64,000 nucleotides of DNA from Cyanophora paradoxa CCMP329. Taxonomy: Eukaryota; Plantae; Glaucophyta. This document shows positions 19,260 to 32,600 of this stretch, in pieces. The position numbers and the translations under genes were made by a program. The notes under the pieces are model-generated. The model was not told where the DNA came from, ran no database searches, and saw only the letters and a list, made by a program, of their open reading frames with translations. Where the stretch lies: the NCBI GenBank assembly GCA_004431415.1, contig QPMI01000404.1:32974-96973 (forward strand), read 5' to 3'. Numbering within the stretch: the stretch's first letter is position 1; each line of letters starts with the position of its first letter.

Positions 19260-19886
19260 CACAGCCAGCACAGCAATCACTCCTAAGCAGCCCTGGCGGA
19301 CCGGCGGCCGCACATCTCGGCCGTCCCTCCCATTGCACGGAGCCGACCCAACTCTGCAGCACCATGGCTAGCTGCAGTGGAGCGCGCTCCCGCGGCAGCA
19401 ACTGTGAAGCATGCGCAGTTCTGCCTCGTTGGCTGGCCGGAGCAAACCCTGTTCCCAGCGATCCTCCCGGAATCGGCCCCGGGCCCCGGTTCACGCTTGA
19501 ATCTGGTCCCTTACTGCCGTGCCGGTACGTGGATTCACGTCCGGGCCCGCCCGCCACGCTCGCATCCAGCGCGCGCTGGCTATCCCGGGGGCCCACCGTC
19601 AGTCCGCGGCCGCCGGCTTGCCTATACACTATATAAGCGTGTATTGAGACCCGCCGCGCGATTCCTCCGGATCCCTGACCATTCCCTGCGCGCATGATCC
19701 GGGAGCTCCTCGGTGCTCGAGCCGGACGCCGCCGCCGCGCCACGCCGGCGGAGCTCGCGCAGGACCGCCCCGACCTGCTGGCGCTCGCGCTGCAGGTCCA
19801 CCGCGCCGTCGGGGCTTGGATCGTGCCTTACGCGTGATCCACCGACGGACGGTGCCCGGCCGCCCGCGCGGCTCGGGGTGGCAACA

Positions 19887-20667
19887 GGAGTACGGCCTCG
19901 CTGGCGGAACCGCTGCGAGATGGCCCGCTGGCGCGTCGCGCTGCGGGCCCCGTGCTCGGAGTTCCGGGGACCGCTGGCGCGGCGCGCCGCGGTCCCGGCC
20001 TGCCCCGCAGGCCCCGGCCGCGCCCGCGGCCGGCGAGCTCCACCCCGGAGTACGGCCTCGCTGGCGGAACCGCTGCGAGCCTCGGAGATGGCCCGCTGGC
20101 GCGTCGCGCTGCGGGCCCCGTGCTCGGAGTTCCGGGGACCGCTGGCGCGGCGCGCCGCGGTCCCGGCCTGCCCCGCAGGCCCCGGCCGCGCCCGCGGCCG
20201 GCGAGCTCCACCCCGGAGTACGGCCTCGCTGGCGGAACCGCTGCGAGATGGCCCGCTGGCGCGTCGCGCTGCGGGCCCCGTGCTCGGAGTTCCGGGGACC
20301 GCTGGCGCGGCGCGCCGCGGTCCCGGCCTGCCCCGCAGGCCCCGGCCGCGCCCGCGGCCGGCGAGCTCCACCCCGGAGTACGGCCTCGCTGGCGGAACCG
20401 CTGCGAGATGGCCCGCTGGCGCGTCGCGCTGCGGGCCCCGTGCTCGGAGTTCCGGGGACCGCTGGCGCGGCGCGCCGCGGTCCCGGCCTGCCCCGCAGGC
20501 CCCGGCCGCGCCCGCGGCCGGCGAGCTCCACCCCGGAGTACGGCCTTGCTGGCGGAACCGCTGCGAGATGGCCCGCTGGCGCGTCGCGCTGCGGGCCCCG
20601 TGCTCGGAGTTCCGGGGACCGCTGGCGCGGCGCGCCGCGGTCCCGGCCTGCCCCGCAGGCCCCGGCC
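19887..20667. repeat. 160-bp GC-rich tandem satellite, segment 1
   Basis: CGGCCT(C/T)GCTGGCGGAACC recurs at 19893, 20053, 20221 (the preceding unit has an 8-bp insertion), 20381 and 20541. Confidence 0.97.
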
Positions 20668-20699
20668 TATATCTGCACTTTTGGAGTATTGCAATACCT

Positions 20700-21050
20700 T
20701 CGACAGAATCTGCGACAGAATCAGTCGATAAAATTCGACAGAATCGGTCGACCGATTCTGTCGCAGAATCAGTCGATCGACTGATTCTGTCGATCGACTG
20801 ATTTTGTCGACCGATTCTGTCGCAGAATCAGTCGATAAAATTCGACTGATTCGGTCGACCGATTCTGGCGCAGAATCAGTCGATCGACAGAGTTGGTCGA
20901 TCGACTGATTTTGTCGACCGATTCTGTCGCAGAGTGAGTCGATAAAATTCGACAGAATCGGTCGACCGATTCTGTCGCAGAATCAGTCGATCGACTGATT
21001 CTGTCGATCGACTGATTTTGTCGACCGATTCTGTCGCTGAGTCTGTCGAT
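20700..21050. repeat. Left subterminal array (107-bp period, palindrome-rich)
   Basis: GTCGATAAAATTCGAC at 20724, 20831 and 20938; built from GATTCTGnnnCAGAATC, GTCGATCGAC and GTCGAC. Confidence 0.92.
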
Positions 21051-21481
21051 CTGTTGTGTTTTTATTTTATTATACTTTCAACCTAATCTGCCGATCCATA
21101 TCTTAATTATAATAAGCCAGTTTTATATATATTCTTAATAATTTGTGGCCTGGCCCTAGGCCTAGGCCTCGCCTGCTGCATGCGCCTGCTGTCTACGCGT
21201 ACGTATACTGGGGTCCTGAATCCTGATCGATATATATATAATATATACTCTCTCGGGCCCAGGCCAGGCGCCTGCCCGGCTCCAGCAATCCAGCAGGCCC
21301 CGGGCGCGCCTTGTGCCCACCTGCCTCTGGTTGCTCTGCAGTCTAGAACTAGAGACCGGCGGACTGTAAATTTAGCTATAGGCAGCACATCAACACTGAA
21401 TCATGCAGCGTGGGGCCTAGCACGAGCAGGCTGAAGGGAGAGGTACTAGGGATTCACATGTAGTACTAGTAATTAACTAGT

Positions 21482-24400
21482 AAGGGCGAGTCATAAGCCG
21501 GAGGATAACGGGTGAAGCGATGCGGCCCGCACCAGGTCGTTCTGCACCTCGCCGCGCTCGCTGCGCCATGCATCGCGGTGAGCGAGAGCTCGAATCGAAT
21601 GGAAAGAGGCAACGCCGGCACGCAGGCGGATATGCATGCGCACCTCGGCGAGGAGAGGAGAGGGAGAGGAGAGCACGAAAGCGGCTCTCCTAGGGCGCCC
21701 GGCAGCCCACGACCGCGACCGCTGATGGCAAGGGCGACGCGCTCGCTGCGCTTGGAGAGTCAATCGAAAGAAAAGAAGCGTCCGCGCCGGCGAACGACCG
21801 CACCTCGGCCCGAGAGGCCGAAAGCATGATCTCCGAGGCGCCCGGCAGCCCGCGACCGCGACCGCGAGGGCGAGGGCGAGGGCGAAGAGCTCGCTGCGCT
21901 CGGATCGAAAGAGAAGAAATATGCGCGACAGCAAACGACCGCACCTGCGCCCGAGCGGCCGCAAGCATGAACTCCGAGGCCGATCCCAGCAGCCACCGGG
22001 CCACACGTCCGGAAAGCGGCACGCGCTGCGCTGCGCACGCCGCCGGCGTTACAACAAGATCAAAGGGCGAGCAGTGGAGACAAGAGCGAGCACCTGGCCT
22101 GCGGAAGAAGGCGCCGGGCGAACTGGGCGGTGGTGTTCTGCTCGCGGGGACCAGTCACGCCCGCTCCCTGGCCCGCCAGCGAAATGAGGGATTGAATCAA
22201 AGGAGAGGAAACGAAAAGCACCTTGCTTCGCCTCCGCAGCCGCCGCCTACGTTCCGCGCGTGCCTGTCAGCGGCAGAACGCCCACTGGCGACAGCCGCGG
22301 GAGGAATGGACAAAAAAGGCAACAAGGAGGTCGACAGCGATGCGTTCGCGAGCGTTCGCGGCCGCAACCGGGCGCCAGCCACCCTGAAGCAGCGCTCTGC
22401 GTTTGAAATCAGGCGGGCGACAGGCGGCGAGAGGCGCCAGAGGATGCAAGAGAGGACCTTCGAGCATCGTTCGCGCTGGAAGCCGACGAAGTTCGCCGCG
22501 GCGGCAGCAAGTCCGTTCGACCTGGTTTGAAAAGCGGAATCAGAGACGCGGGCAGCGCTGCGAGACCCCGGAGGAGCCAACGAACCGAGCCGCTGTGAGA
22601 GTGAAGCGCGTCCGCGCGGCAGCCTTCAGTCGAGGCTGCAGCTGCTGGCAGCAAGGCACATGAAGGCGCTTCAAGGCAGCAAGTTTGGGGTACACGACTG
22701 TTGGGAAAAGCCTTGTGAGGCCCACAGCGGCAGGGCCGCCGCGGCAGCCGCGCCGTAGTATAGCTTTCCGAAGCCGCCTGAAGCGATTGCCAACGGCTCG
22801 ACCTGGCCCTCGGTCCGGAGCGCCTCCCGCTGCGGCACCTTCGCGCGTGCTCGCAGCACGCAGCGCGAGGCAGCTACAAGCACGTGAGCTTGTAATCATG
22901 GGTCCAGCTCCCCCGTAGCGTCGTCCCTGCGCCGCGCCGATCCACAGCTAGATCGACGTCGACCAGCTGCAGGCCCGCAACCCCGCGCTGGGTGACTTCG
23001 CCGTGCTGGCCGGGCTCTTAAGCTTTGCGTGGCTTTCAGCTCACTTACATCCGCAGTATCTCTACCAGACAGCCCCGCGGTCGATTTGGAGGGTTGAGGT
23101 GCACGCCGGCCGGCGGAGCTCTCTCACATGTTTCGGTTCATAGCGCGTCCCTCTAAGATGCTCACGCAGTGCCTCTGACTCTGGACTGGCCGGGCGCTGC
23201 GTGAGCGCGCGGACCGACGCAACCTCCCGATCGGCGGTCGCCTCGGGTGCGCCTACCAAGCACAGCATTTGGCCAGCGACGCGCGAGCGCGTAGCTGACG
23301 AGGCCCAGATCGCCAGGATGGGTGAGCCGCCTCGGATCGTCGCAGTTTGGGAGACATTCTTCTACACTGCCTAGGTGAGCCGGCTGGGCCCGTGCGCGTC
23401 GCTGACAGGACGCGTACGCGTCGCTGACGGGGCGCGCCGGTAACACAGGATACCGGAAAACGCCGCGTGAAGCGCAGGGGCTGGGGTGCGGCGGGTGGCG
23501 ACGCCGCTCGCGGGGCGGGGCGGATCCGGAGGCGCGGCAGGCGGCCGCGTGAATTCCAGGATAGGGCGGAGGCGCTTCCTGCGGCGCTGCAGCTCGCGGA
23601 GGCGGGCGGGCGGCCGGAGGCGCGGCGCGTGGCGGCGCGGCTCGCCGGGCGGGGCAGAGGCGCGGCGGGCGGCCGCACGGCTCGCCAGGCGGGCCGGAGG
23701 CGCGGCGGGTGGCGTCAGCGGCTCGCCGGGCGGGGCGGAGGCGCGGCAGGCGGCGGAGGCAGCTTGCCGGGCCGGGCGGAGGCGCGGCGGGCGGCCGCGA
23801 GGCTCCGCTGGGCGGGGCGGAGGCGCGGCGGGCGGCGGCGAGGCTCGCCAGGTGGGCCGGGGGCGCGGCGGGCGGCGGCGCGGCTCGCAGAGCGGGATGG
23901 ATCCTCGCGGGCGGCGGCGAGGCTCGCCGGGCGGGGCAGACGCTCGGCGGGCGGCCGCGCGCCTCGCGGGCCGGGGCGGAGGCGCGGCGGGCGGCGGCGC
24001 GCCTCGCTGGGCGGGGCGGAGGCGTGGCGGGCGGCGGCGGCGGCTCGCGGGGCGGGATGGAGGCGCAGCAAGCGGCGTCGGCGGCTCGCCGGGCGGGGCG
24101 GAGGCGCGGCAGGCGGCGGAGGCAGCTTGCCGGGCCGGGCGGAGGCGCAGCGGGCGGCCGCGAGGCTCCGCTGGGCGGGGCGGAGGCGCGGCGGGCGGCG
24201 GAGGCGGCTCGCGGGGCGGGACGGAGGCGCGGCGGGCGGCGGCGGCGGCTCGCGGACCGGGGCAGACGCTCGGCGGGCGGCCGCGCGGCTCGCCAGGCGG
24301 GCCGGGGCGCGGCGGGCGGCGGCGCGGCTCGCCGGGCGGGCCGGGGGCGCGGCGGGCGGCGGCGCGGCTCGCCGGGCCGGGCGGAGGCGCAGCGGGCGGC

Positions 24401-24670
24401 CGCGAGGCTCCGCTGGGCGGGGCGGAGGCGCGGCGGGCGGCGTCGGCGGCTCGCCGGGCGGGGCCGAGGCGCGGCAGGCGGCGGAGGCAGCTCGCCGGGC
24501 CGGGCGGAGGCGGGCGGGCGGCGCGCGGCTCGCTGGGCGGCCGGAGGCGCGGCGCGCTGCGGCGCGACTCGCCGGGCGGGGCAGAGGGGCGGCGGGCGGC
24601 GGTGCGCAGGCGCGGCGGCCGGCTGCGCGGCTCGCGGGGCAGGGCGGAGGAGTGGCGCGGCGGAGGCTCG
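21482..24670. repeat. Left arm of long internal inverted repeat
   Basis: Reverse complement of about 29603-33157; mirror-image ORFs (e.g. 22197-22580 minus vs 32011-32475 plus). The inner part is a GGCGCGGCGGGCGGC-type minisatellite. Confidence 0.93.
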
Positions 24671-24729
24671 TGGGGAAGCCTGCAGATGCTCGCTCTGTAC
24701 CGTAGTACTCTTGCGTAGATCATCGGATA

Positions 24730-27700
24730 TGCACCCCGCCCATTTCGAGGGTGGGAAATCCGAATCTGAAGTTCTCGTCAGCTCGTCCGTTCTCATATGC
24801 TCAGCGCGGCGACTTCGCACTTCTTTGCACATGATCATGATCATGAGTCTCTAGCTGCCATTAAAAGAATACTGGGTTCCTGGCACATGTCTCACAGTGT
24901 AAGCACCCGGAGATGATATCAGCGCCCCACTGTGTATCTGTAGAGTATTTGACGAGAAGCTCAGGGCTCCCGGGCATTGCGGCGGGGAAGAACGACTCCC
25001 TTATAGGGTTTCTCCCGAGATCAATTTTGAGAGCCGATTCAATGATTCCCAGTCCGCCCGTGCCTTTCCAGCTCAGATGCCAACGGATACGAGTCATTTG
25101 ATAGCGTGTTAGATAGGGCCTCAACGTGATTACCGGCTGCCGGGCTTCTATTCGCATTTCCTGGCGCGCGGGAAGGCCTCAAAATGCCCGCCAAAAATAA
25201 TGGCGACTTGCCCTGCAAAATAATGCACGGCACGCTACGAGCTAGCTTGCGGCCTGCGCCGACCTCAAAATCAAATCCAGCACTGTCAAGAACCCCCGAA
25301 AGCGTCTCATCGCCCGGATGTAACTTGTCAGATAAGATGCTATGCTTGGTGATTTCTGTCCTCGAGGCCTCTTCGGGGCAAGTTGCAAGTTGACAGTCTC
25401 GGCCGCGGAGAGCTCGCTTGACCTGACGCCGCTCCGTCATCTTGGTCCGCGACTGACTCCACATTTGCACCCCGCCCATTTCGAGGGTGGGGAATCCGAA
25501 TCTGAAGTTCTCGTCAGCTCGTCCGTTCTCATATGCTCAGCGCGGCGACTTCGCACTTCTTTGCACATGATCATGATCATGAGTCTCTAGCTGCCATTAA
25601 AAGAATACTGGGTTCCTGGCACATGTAAGCACCCGGAGATGATATCAGCGCCCCACTGTGTATCTGTAGAGTATTTGACGAGAAGCTCAGGGCTCCCGGG
25701 CATTGCGGCGGGGAAGAACGACTCCCTTATAGGGTTTCTCCCGAGATCAATTTTGAGAGCCGATTCCCAGTCCGCCCGTGCCTTTCCAGCTCAGATGCCA
25801 ACGGATACGAGTCATTTGATAGCGTGTTAGATAGGGCCTCAACGTGATTACCGGCTGCCGGGCTTCTATTCGCATTTCCTGGCGCGCGGGAAGGCCTCAA
25901 AATGCCCGCCAAAAATAATGGCGACTTGCCCTGCAAAATAATGCACGGCACGCTACGAGCTAGCTTGCGGCCTGCGCCGACCTCAAAATCAAATCCAGCA
26001 CTGTCAAGAACCCCCGAAAGCGTCTCATCGCCCGGATGTAACTTGTCAGATAAGATGCTATCCTTGGTGATTTCTGTCCTCGAGGCCTCTTCGGGCAAGT
26101 TGCAAGTTGACAGTCTCGGCCGCGGAGAGCTCGCTTGACCTGACGCCGCTCCGTCATCTTGGTCCGCGACTGACTCCACATTTGCACCCCGCCCATTTCG
26201 AGGGTGGGGAATCCGAATCTGAAGTTCTCGTCAGCTCGTCCGTTCTCATATGCTCAGCGCGGCGACTTCGCACTTCTTTGCACATGATCATGATCATGAG
26301 TCTCTAGCTGCCATTAAAAGAATACTGGGTTCCTGGCACATGTAAGCACCCGGAGATGATATCAGCGCCCCACTGTGTATCTGTAGAGTATTTGACGAGA
26401 AGCTCAGGGCTCCCGGGCATTGCGGCGGGGAAGAACGACTCCCTTATAGGGTTTCTCCCGAGATCAATTTTGAGAGCCGATTCCCAGTCCGCCCGTGCCT
26501 TTCCAGCTCAGATGCCAACGAATACGAGTCATTTGATAGCGTGTTAGATAGGGCCTCAACGTGATTACCGGCTGCCGGGCTTCTATTCGCATTTCCTGGC
26601 GCGCGGGAAGGCCTCAAAATGCCCGCCAAAAATAATGGCGACTTGCCCTGCAAAATAATGCACGGCACGCTACGAGCTAGCTTGCGGCCTGCGCCGACCT
26701 CAAAATCAAATCCAGCACTGTCAAGAACCCCCGAAAGCGTCTCATCGCCCGGATGTAACTTGTCAGATAAGATGCTATCCTTGGTGATTTCTGTCCTCGA
26801 GGCCTCTTCGGGGCAAGTTGCAAGTTGACAGTCTCGGCCGCGGAGAGCTCGCTTGACCTGACGCCGCTCCGTCATCTTGGTCCGCGACTGACTCCACATT
26901 TGCACCCCGCCCATTTCGAGGGTGGGAAATCCGAATCTGAAGTTCTCGTCAGCTCGTCCGTTCTCATATGCTCAGCGCGGCGACTTCGCACTTCTTTGCA
27001 CATGATCATGATCATGAGTCTCTAGCTGCCATTAAAAGAATACTGGGTTCCTGGCACATGTCTCACAGTGTAAGCACCCGGAGATGATATCAGCGCCCCA
27101 CTGTGTATCTGTAGAGTATTTGACGAGAAGCTCAGGGCTCCCGGGCATTGCGGCGGGGAAGAACGACTCCCTTATAGGGTTTCTCCCGAGATCAATTTTG
27201 AGAGCCGATTCCCAGTCCGCCCGTGCCTTTCCAGCTCAGATGCCAACGGATACGAGTCATTTGATAGCGTGTTAGATAGGGCCTCAACGTGATTACCGGC
27301 TGCCGGGCTTCTATTCGCATTTCCTGGCGCGCGGGAAGGCCTCAAAATGCCCGCCAAAAATAATGGCGACTTGCCCTGCAAAATAATGCACGGCACGCTA
27401 CGAGCTAGCTTGCGGCCTGCGCCGACCTCAAAATCAAATCCAGCACTGTCAAGAACCCCCGAAAGCGTCTCATCGCCCGGATGTAACTTGTCAGATAAGA
27501 TGCTATGCTTGGTGATTTCTGTCCTCGAGGCCTCTTCGGGGCAAGTTGCAAGTTGACAGTCTCGGCCGCGGAGAGCTCGCTTGACCTGACGCCGCTCCGT
27601 CATCTTGGTCCGCGACTGACTCCACATTTGCACCCCGCCCATTTCGAGGGTGGGGAATCCGAATCTGAAGTTCTCGTCAGCTCGTCCGTTCTCATATGCT

Positions 27701-29594
27701 CAGCGCGGCGACTTCGCACTTCTTTGCACATGATCATGATCATGAGTCTCTAGCTGCCATTAAAAGAATACTGGGTTCCTGGCACATGTAAGCACCCGGA
27801 GATGATATCAGCGCCCCACTGTGTATCTGTAGAGTATTTGACGAGAAGCTCAGGGCTCCCGGGCATTGCGGCGGGGAAGAACGACTCCCTTATAGGGTTT
27901 CTCCGAGATCAATTTTGAGAGCCGATTCCCAGTCCGCCCGTGCCTTTCCAGCTCAGATGCCAACGGATACGAGTCATTTGATAGCGTGTTAGATAGGGCC
28001 TCAACGTGATTACCGGCTGCCGGGCTTCTATTCGCATTTCCTGGCGCGCGGAAGGCCTCAAAATGCCCGCCAAAAATAATGGCGACTTGCCCTGCAAAAT
28101 AATGCACGGCACGCTACGAGCTAGCTTGCGGCCTGCGCCGACCTCAAAATCAAATCCAGCACTGTCAAGAACCCCCGAAAGCGTCTCATCGCCCGGATGT
28201 AACTTGTCAGATAAGATGCTATCCTTGGTGATTTCTGTCCTCGAGGCCTCTTCGGGGCAAGTTGCAAGTTGACAGTCTCGGCCGCGGAGAGCTCGCTTGA
28301 CCTGACGCCGCTCCGTCATCTTGGTCCGCGACTGACTCCACATTTGCACCCCGCCCATTTCGAGGGTGGGGAATCCGAATCTGAAGTTCTCGTCAGCTCG
28401 TCCGTTCTCATATGCTCAGCGCGGCGACTTCGCACTTCTTTGCACATGATCATGATCATGAGTCTCTAGCTGCCATTAAAAGAATACTGGGTTCCTGGCA
28501 CATGTAAGCACCCGGAGATGATATCAGCGCCCCACTGTGTATCTGTAGAGTATTTGACGAGAAGCTCAGGGCTCCCGGGCATTGCGGCGGGGAAGAACGA
28601 CTCCCTTATAGGGTTTCTCCCGAGATCAATTTTGAGAGCCGATTCCCAGTCCGCCCGTGCCTTTCCAGCTCAGATGCCAACGAATACGAGTCATTTGATA
28701 GCGTGTTAGATAGGGCCTCAACGTGATTACCGGCTGCCGGGCTTCTATTCGCATTTCCTGGCGCGCGGGAAGGCCTCAAAATGCCCGCCAAAAATAATGG
28801 CGACTTGCCCTGCAAAATAATGCACGGCACGCTACGAGCTAGCTTGCGGCCTGCGCCGACCTCAAAATCAAATCCAGCACTGTCAAGAACCCCCGAAAGC
28901 GTCTCATCGCCCGGATGTAACTTGTCAGATAAGATGCTATCCTTGGTGATTTCCAAGTTCTGTCCTCGAGGCCTCTTTGGGGCAAGTTGACAGTCTCGGA
29001 GAGCTCGCTTGACCTGACGCCGCTCCGTCATCTTGGTCCGCGACTGACTCCACATTTGCACCCCGCCCATTTCGAGGGTGGGGAATCCGAATCTGAAGTT
29101 CTCGTCAGCTCGTCCGTTCTCATATGCTCAGCGCGGCGACTTCGCACTTCTTTGCACATGATCATGATCATGAGTCTCTAGCTGCCATTAAAAGAATACT
29201 GGGTTCCTGGCACATGTAAGCACCCGGAGATGATATCAGCGCCCCACTGTGTATCTGTAGAGTATTTGACGAGAAGCTCAGGGCTCCCGGGCATTGCGGC
29301 GGGGAAGAACGACTCCCTTATAGGGTTTCTCCCGAGATCAATTTTGAGAGCCGATTCCCAGTCCGCCCGTGCCTTTCCAGCTCAGATGCCAACGGATACG
29401 AGTCATTTGATAGCGTGTTAGATAGGGCCTCAACGTGATTACCGGCTGCCGGGCTTCTATTCGCATTTCCTGGCGCGCGGGAAGGCCTCAAAATGCCCGC
29501 CAAAAATAATGGCGACTTGCCCTGCAAAATAATGCACGGCACGCTACGAGCTAGCTTGCGGCCTGCGCCGACCTCAAAATCAAATCCAGCACTG
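24730..29594. repeat. Tandem array of a ~718-bp unit, about 6.75 copies
   Basis: TGCACCCCGCCCATTTCGAGG starts at 24730, 25466, 26183, 26901, 27629, 28345 and 29057. Confidence 0.97.
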
Positions 29595-29602
29595 AGAGCC
29601 TA

Positions 29603-32600
29603 GTGCCCGCCCGCCGCACCTCTGCCCCGCCCGGAGAGCCGCGCCTCCGCCCCGCCCGGCGAGCCGCCGACGCCGCTTGCTGCGCCCCCGGCCCGCCTTG
29701 CGAGCCGTGCGGCCGCCCGCCGCGCCTCTGCCCCGCCCGGCGAACCGCGCCGCCGCCCGCCGCGCCCCGGCCCGCCTGGCGAGCCGCGCGGCCGCCCGCC
29801 GAGCGTCTGCCCCGGTCCGCGAGCCGCCGCCGCCGCCCGGCCGCGCCTCCGTCCCACCCCACGAGCCGCGCCATAGCCCGCCGCGCCTTCGCCCCGCCCG
29901 GCGAGCTGCCTCCGCCGCCCTCCGCGCCTCCGCCCGCACGGCGGAGCCCCGCCGCCGCCCGCCGCGCCCCCGGCCCGCCCGGCGAGCCGCGCCGCCGCCA
30001 GCCGCGCCCCCGGCCCGCCTGGCGAGCCGCACGGCCGCCCGCCGCGCCTCCGTCCCGCCCCGCGAGCCGCCGCCGCCGCCCGCCGCGCCTCCGCCCCGCC
30101 CAGCCGAGCCTTGCGGCCGCCCGCCGCGCCTCCGCCCCGCCCAGCGGAGCCTCGCGGCCGCCCGCCGCGCCTCCGCCTGGCCCGGCGAGCTGCCTCCGCC
30201 TCCTGCCGCGCCTCCGTCACGCCTCGCGAGCCGCGCCGCCGCCCGCCGCGCCCCCGGCCCACCTGGCGAGCCTCGCCGCTGCCCGCCGCGCCACAGTCTC
30301 GCCCGGCGAGCCGCGCCGCCGCCCGCCGCGCCCCCGGCCCGCCCGGCGAGCCGCGCCGCCGCCCGCCGCGCCCCCGGCCCGCCTGGCGAGCCGCGCGGCC
30401 GCCCGCCGAGCGTCTGCCCCGGTCCGCGAGCCGCCGCCGCCGCCCGCCGCGCCTCCGTCCCGCCCCGCGAGCCGCCTCCGCCGCCCGCCGCGCCTCCGCC
30501 CCGCCCAGCGGAGCCTCGCGGCCGCCCGCTGCGCCTCCGCCCGGCCCGGCGAGCTGCCTCCGCCGCCTGCCGCGCCTCCGCCCCGCCCGGCGAGCCGCCG
30601 ACGCCGCTTGCTGCGCCTCCATCCCGCCCCGCGAGCCGCCGCCGCCGCCCGCCGCGCCTCCGCCCCGCCCAGCGAGGCGCGCCGCCGCCCGCCGCGCCTC
30701 CGCCCCGGCCCGCGAGGCGCGCGGCCGCCCGCCGAGCGTCTGCCCCGCCACTCGCCGCCGCCCGCGAGGATCCATCCCGCTCCGCGAGCCGCGCCGCCGC
30801 CCGCCGCGCCCCCGGCCCACCTGGCGAGCCTCGCCGCCGCCCGCCGCGCCTCCGCCCCGCCCAGCGGAGCCTCGCGGCCGCCCGCCGCGCCTCCGCCCGG
30901 CCCGGCAAGCTGCCTCCGCCGCCTGCCGCGCCTCCGCCCCGCCCAGCGAGCCGCCGACGCCACCCGCCGCGCCCCCGGCCCGCCTGGCGAGCCGTGCGGC
31001 CGCCCGCCGCGCCTCTGCCCCGCCCGGCGAGCCGCGCCGCCACGCGCCGCGCCTCCGGCCGCCCGCCCGCCTCCGCGAGCTGCAGCGCCGCAGGAAGCGC
31101 CTCCGCCCTATCCTGGAATTCACGCGGCCGCCTGCCGCGCCTCCGGATCCGCCCCGCCCCGCGAGCGGCGTCGCCAACCACCGCACCCCAGCCCATGGGC
31201 TTCACGCGGCGTTTTCCGGTATCCTGTGTTACCGGCGCGCCCCGTCAGCGACGCGTACGCGTCCCGTCAGCGACGCGAACGGGCCCAGCCGGCTCACCCA
31301 GGCAGTGTAGAAGAATGTCTCCCAAACTGCGACGATCCGAGGCGGCTCACCCATCCTGGCGATCTGGGCCTCGTCAGCTACGCGCTCGCGCGTCGCTGGC
31401 CAAATGCTGTGCTTGGCAGGCGCACCCGAGGCGACCGCCGATCGGGAGGTTGCGTCGGTCCGCGCGCTCACGCAGCGCCCGGCCAGTCCAGAGTCAGAGG
31501 CACTGCGTGAGCATCTTAGAGGGACGCGCTATGAACCGAAACATGTGAGAGAGCTCCGCCGGCCGGCGTGCACCTCAACCCTCCAAATCGACCGCGGGCT
31601 GTCTGGTAGAGATACTGCGGATGTAAGTGAGCTGAAAGCCACGCAAAGCTTAAGAGCCCGGCCAGCACGGCGAAGTCACCCAGCGCGGGGTTGCGGGCCT
31701 GCAGCTGGTCGACGTCGATCTAGCTGTGGATCGGCGCGGCGCAGGGACGACGCTACGGGGGGAGCTGGACCCATGGTTACAAGCTCACGTGCTTGTAGCT
31801 GCCTCGCGCTGCGTGCTGCGAGCACGCGCGAAGGTGCCGCAGCGGGAGGCGCTCCGGACCGAGGGCCAGGTCGAGCCGTTGGCAATCGCTTCAGGCGGCT
31901 TCGGAAAGCTATACTACGGCGCGGCTGCCGCGGCGGCCCTGCCGCTGTGGGCCTCATAAGGCTTTTCCCAACAGTCGTGTACCCCAAACTTGCTGCCTTG
32001 AAGCGCCTTCATGTGCCTTGCTGCCAGCAGCTGCAGCCTCGACTGTAGGCTGCCGCGCGAACGCGCTTCACTCTCACAGCGGCTCGGTTCGTTGGCTCCT
32101 CCGGGGTCTCGCAGCGCTGCCCGCGTCTCTGATTCCGCTTTTCAAACCAGGTCGAACGGACTTGCTGCCGCCGCAGCGAACTTCGTCGGCTTCCAGCGCG
32201 AACGATGCTCGAAGGTCCTCTCTTGCATCCTCTGGCGCCTCTCGCCGCCTGTCGCCCGCCTGATTTCAAACGCAGAGCGCTGCTTCAGGGTGGCTGGCGC
32301 CCGGTTGCGGCCGCGAACGCTCGCGAACGCATCGCTGTCGACCTCCTTGTTGCCTTTTTTGTCCATTCCTCCCGCGGCTGTCGCCAGTGGGCGTTCTGCC
32401 GCTGACAGGCACGCGCGGAACGTAGGCGGCGGCTGCGGAGGCGAAGCAAGGTGCTTTTCGTTTCCTCTCCTTTGATTCAATCCCTCATTTCGCTGGCGGG
32501 CCAGGGAGCGGGCGTGACTGGTCCCCGCGAGCAGAACACCACCGCCCAGTTCGCCCGGCGCCTTCTTCCGCAGGCCAGGTGCTCGCTCTTGTCTCCACTG

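Noticed and set aside
19622-20801. Overlapping 250-360 aa ORFs on both strands (also 33768-34890 and 45081-46023)
   Set aside because: They are translations of the 160-bp GC satellite; the unit is not a multiple of 3 and stops are rare because of composition.
20700-21050. CRISPR-like look of the short palindromic repeats (also 33686-34025)
   Set aside because: There are no unique spacers and no cas genes; the context is eukaryotic and the repeats sit next to TIRs.
24861-29542. Repeated 60-156 aa ORFs in the ~718-bp array
   Set aside because: Frames differ between copies and no motif was recognised.
23162-31548. Long Ala/Arg/Pro/Gly-rich ORFs up to 635 aa in the inverted arms
   Set aside because: All frames are open across a GC minisatellite and no domain motifs are present.
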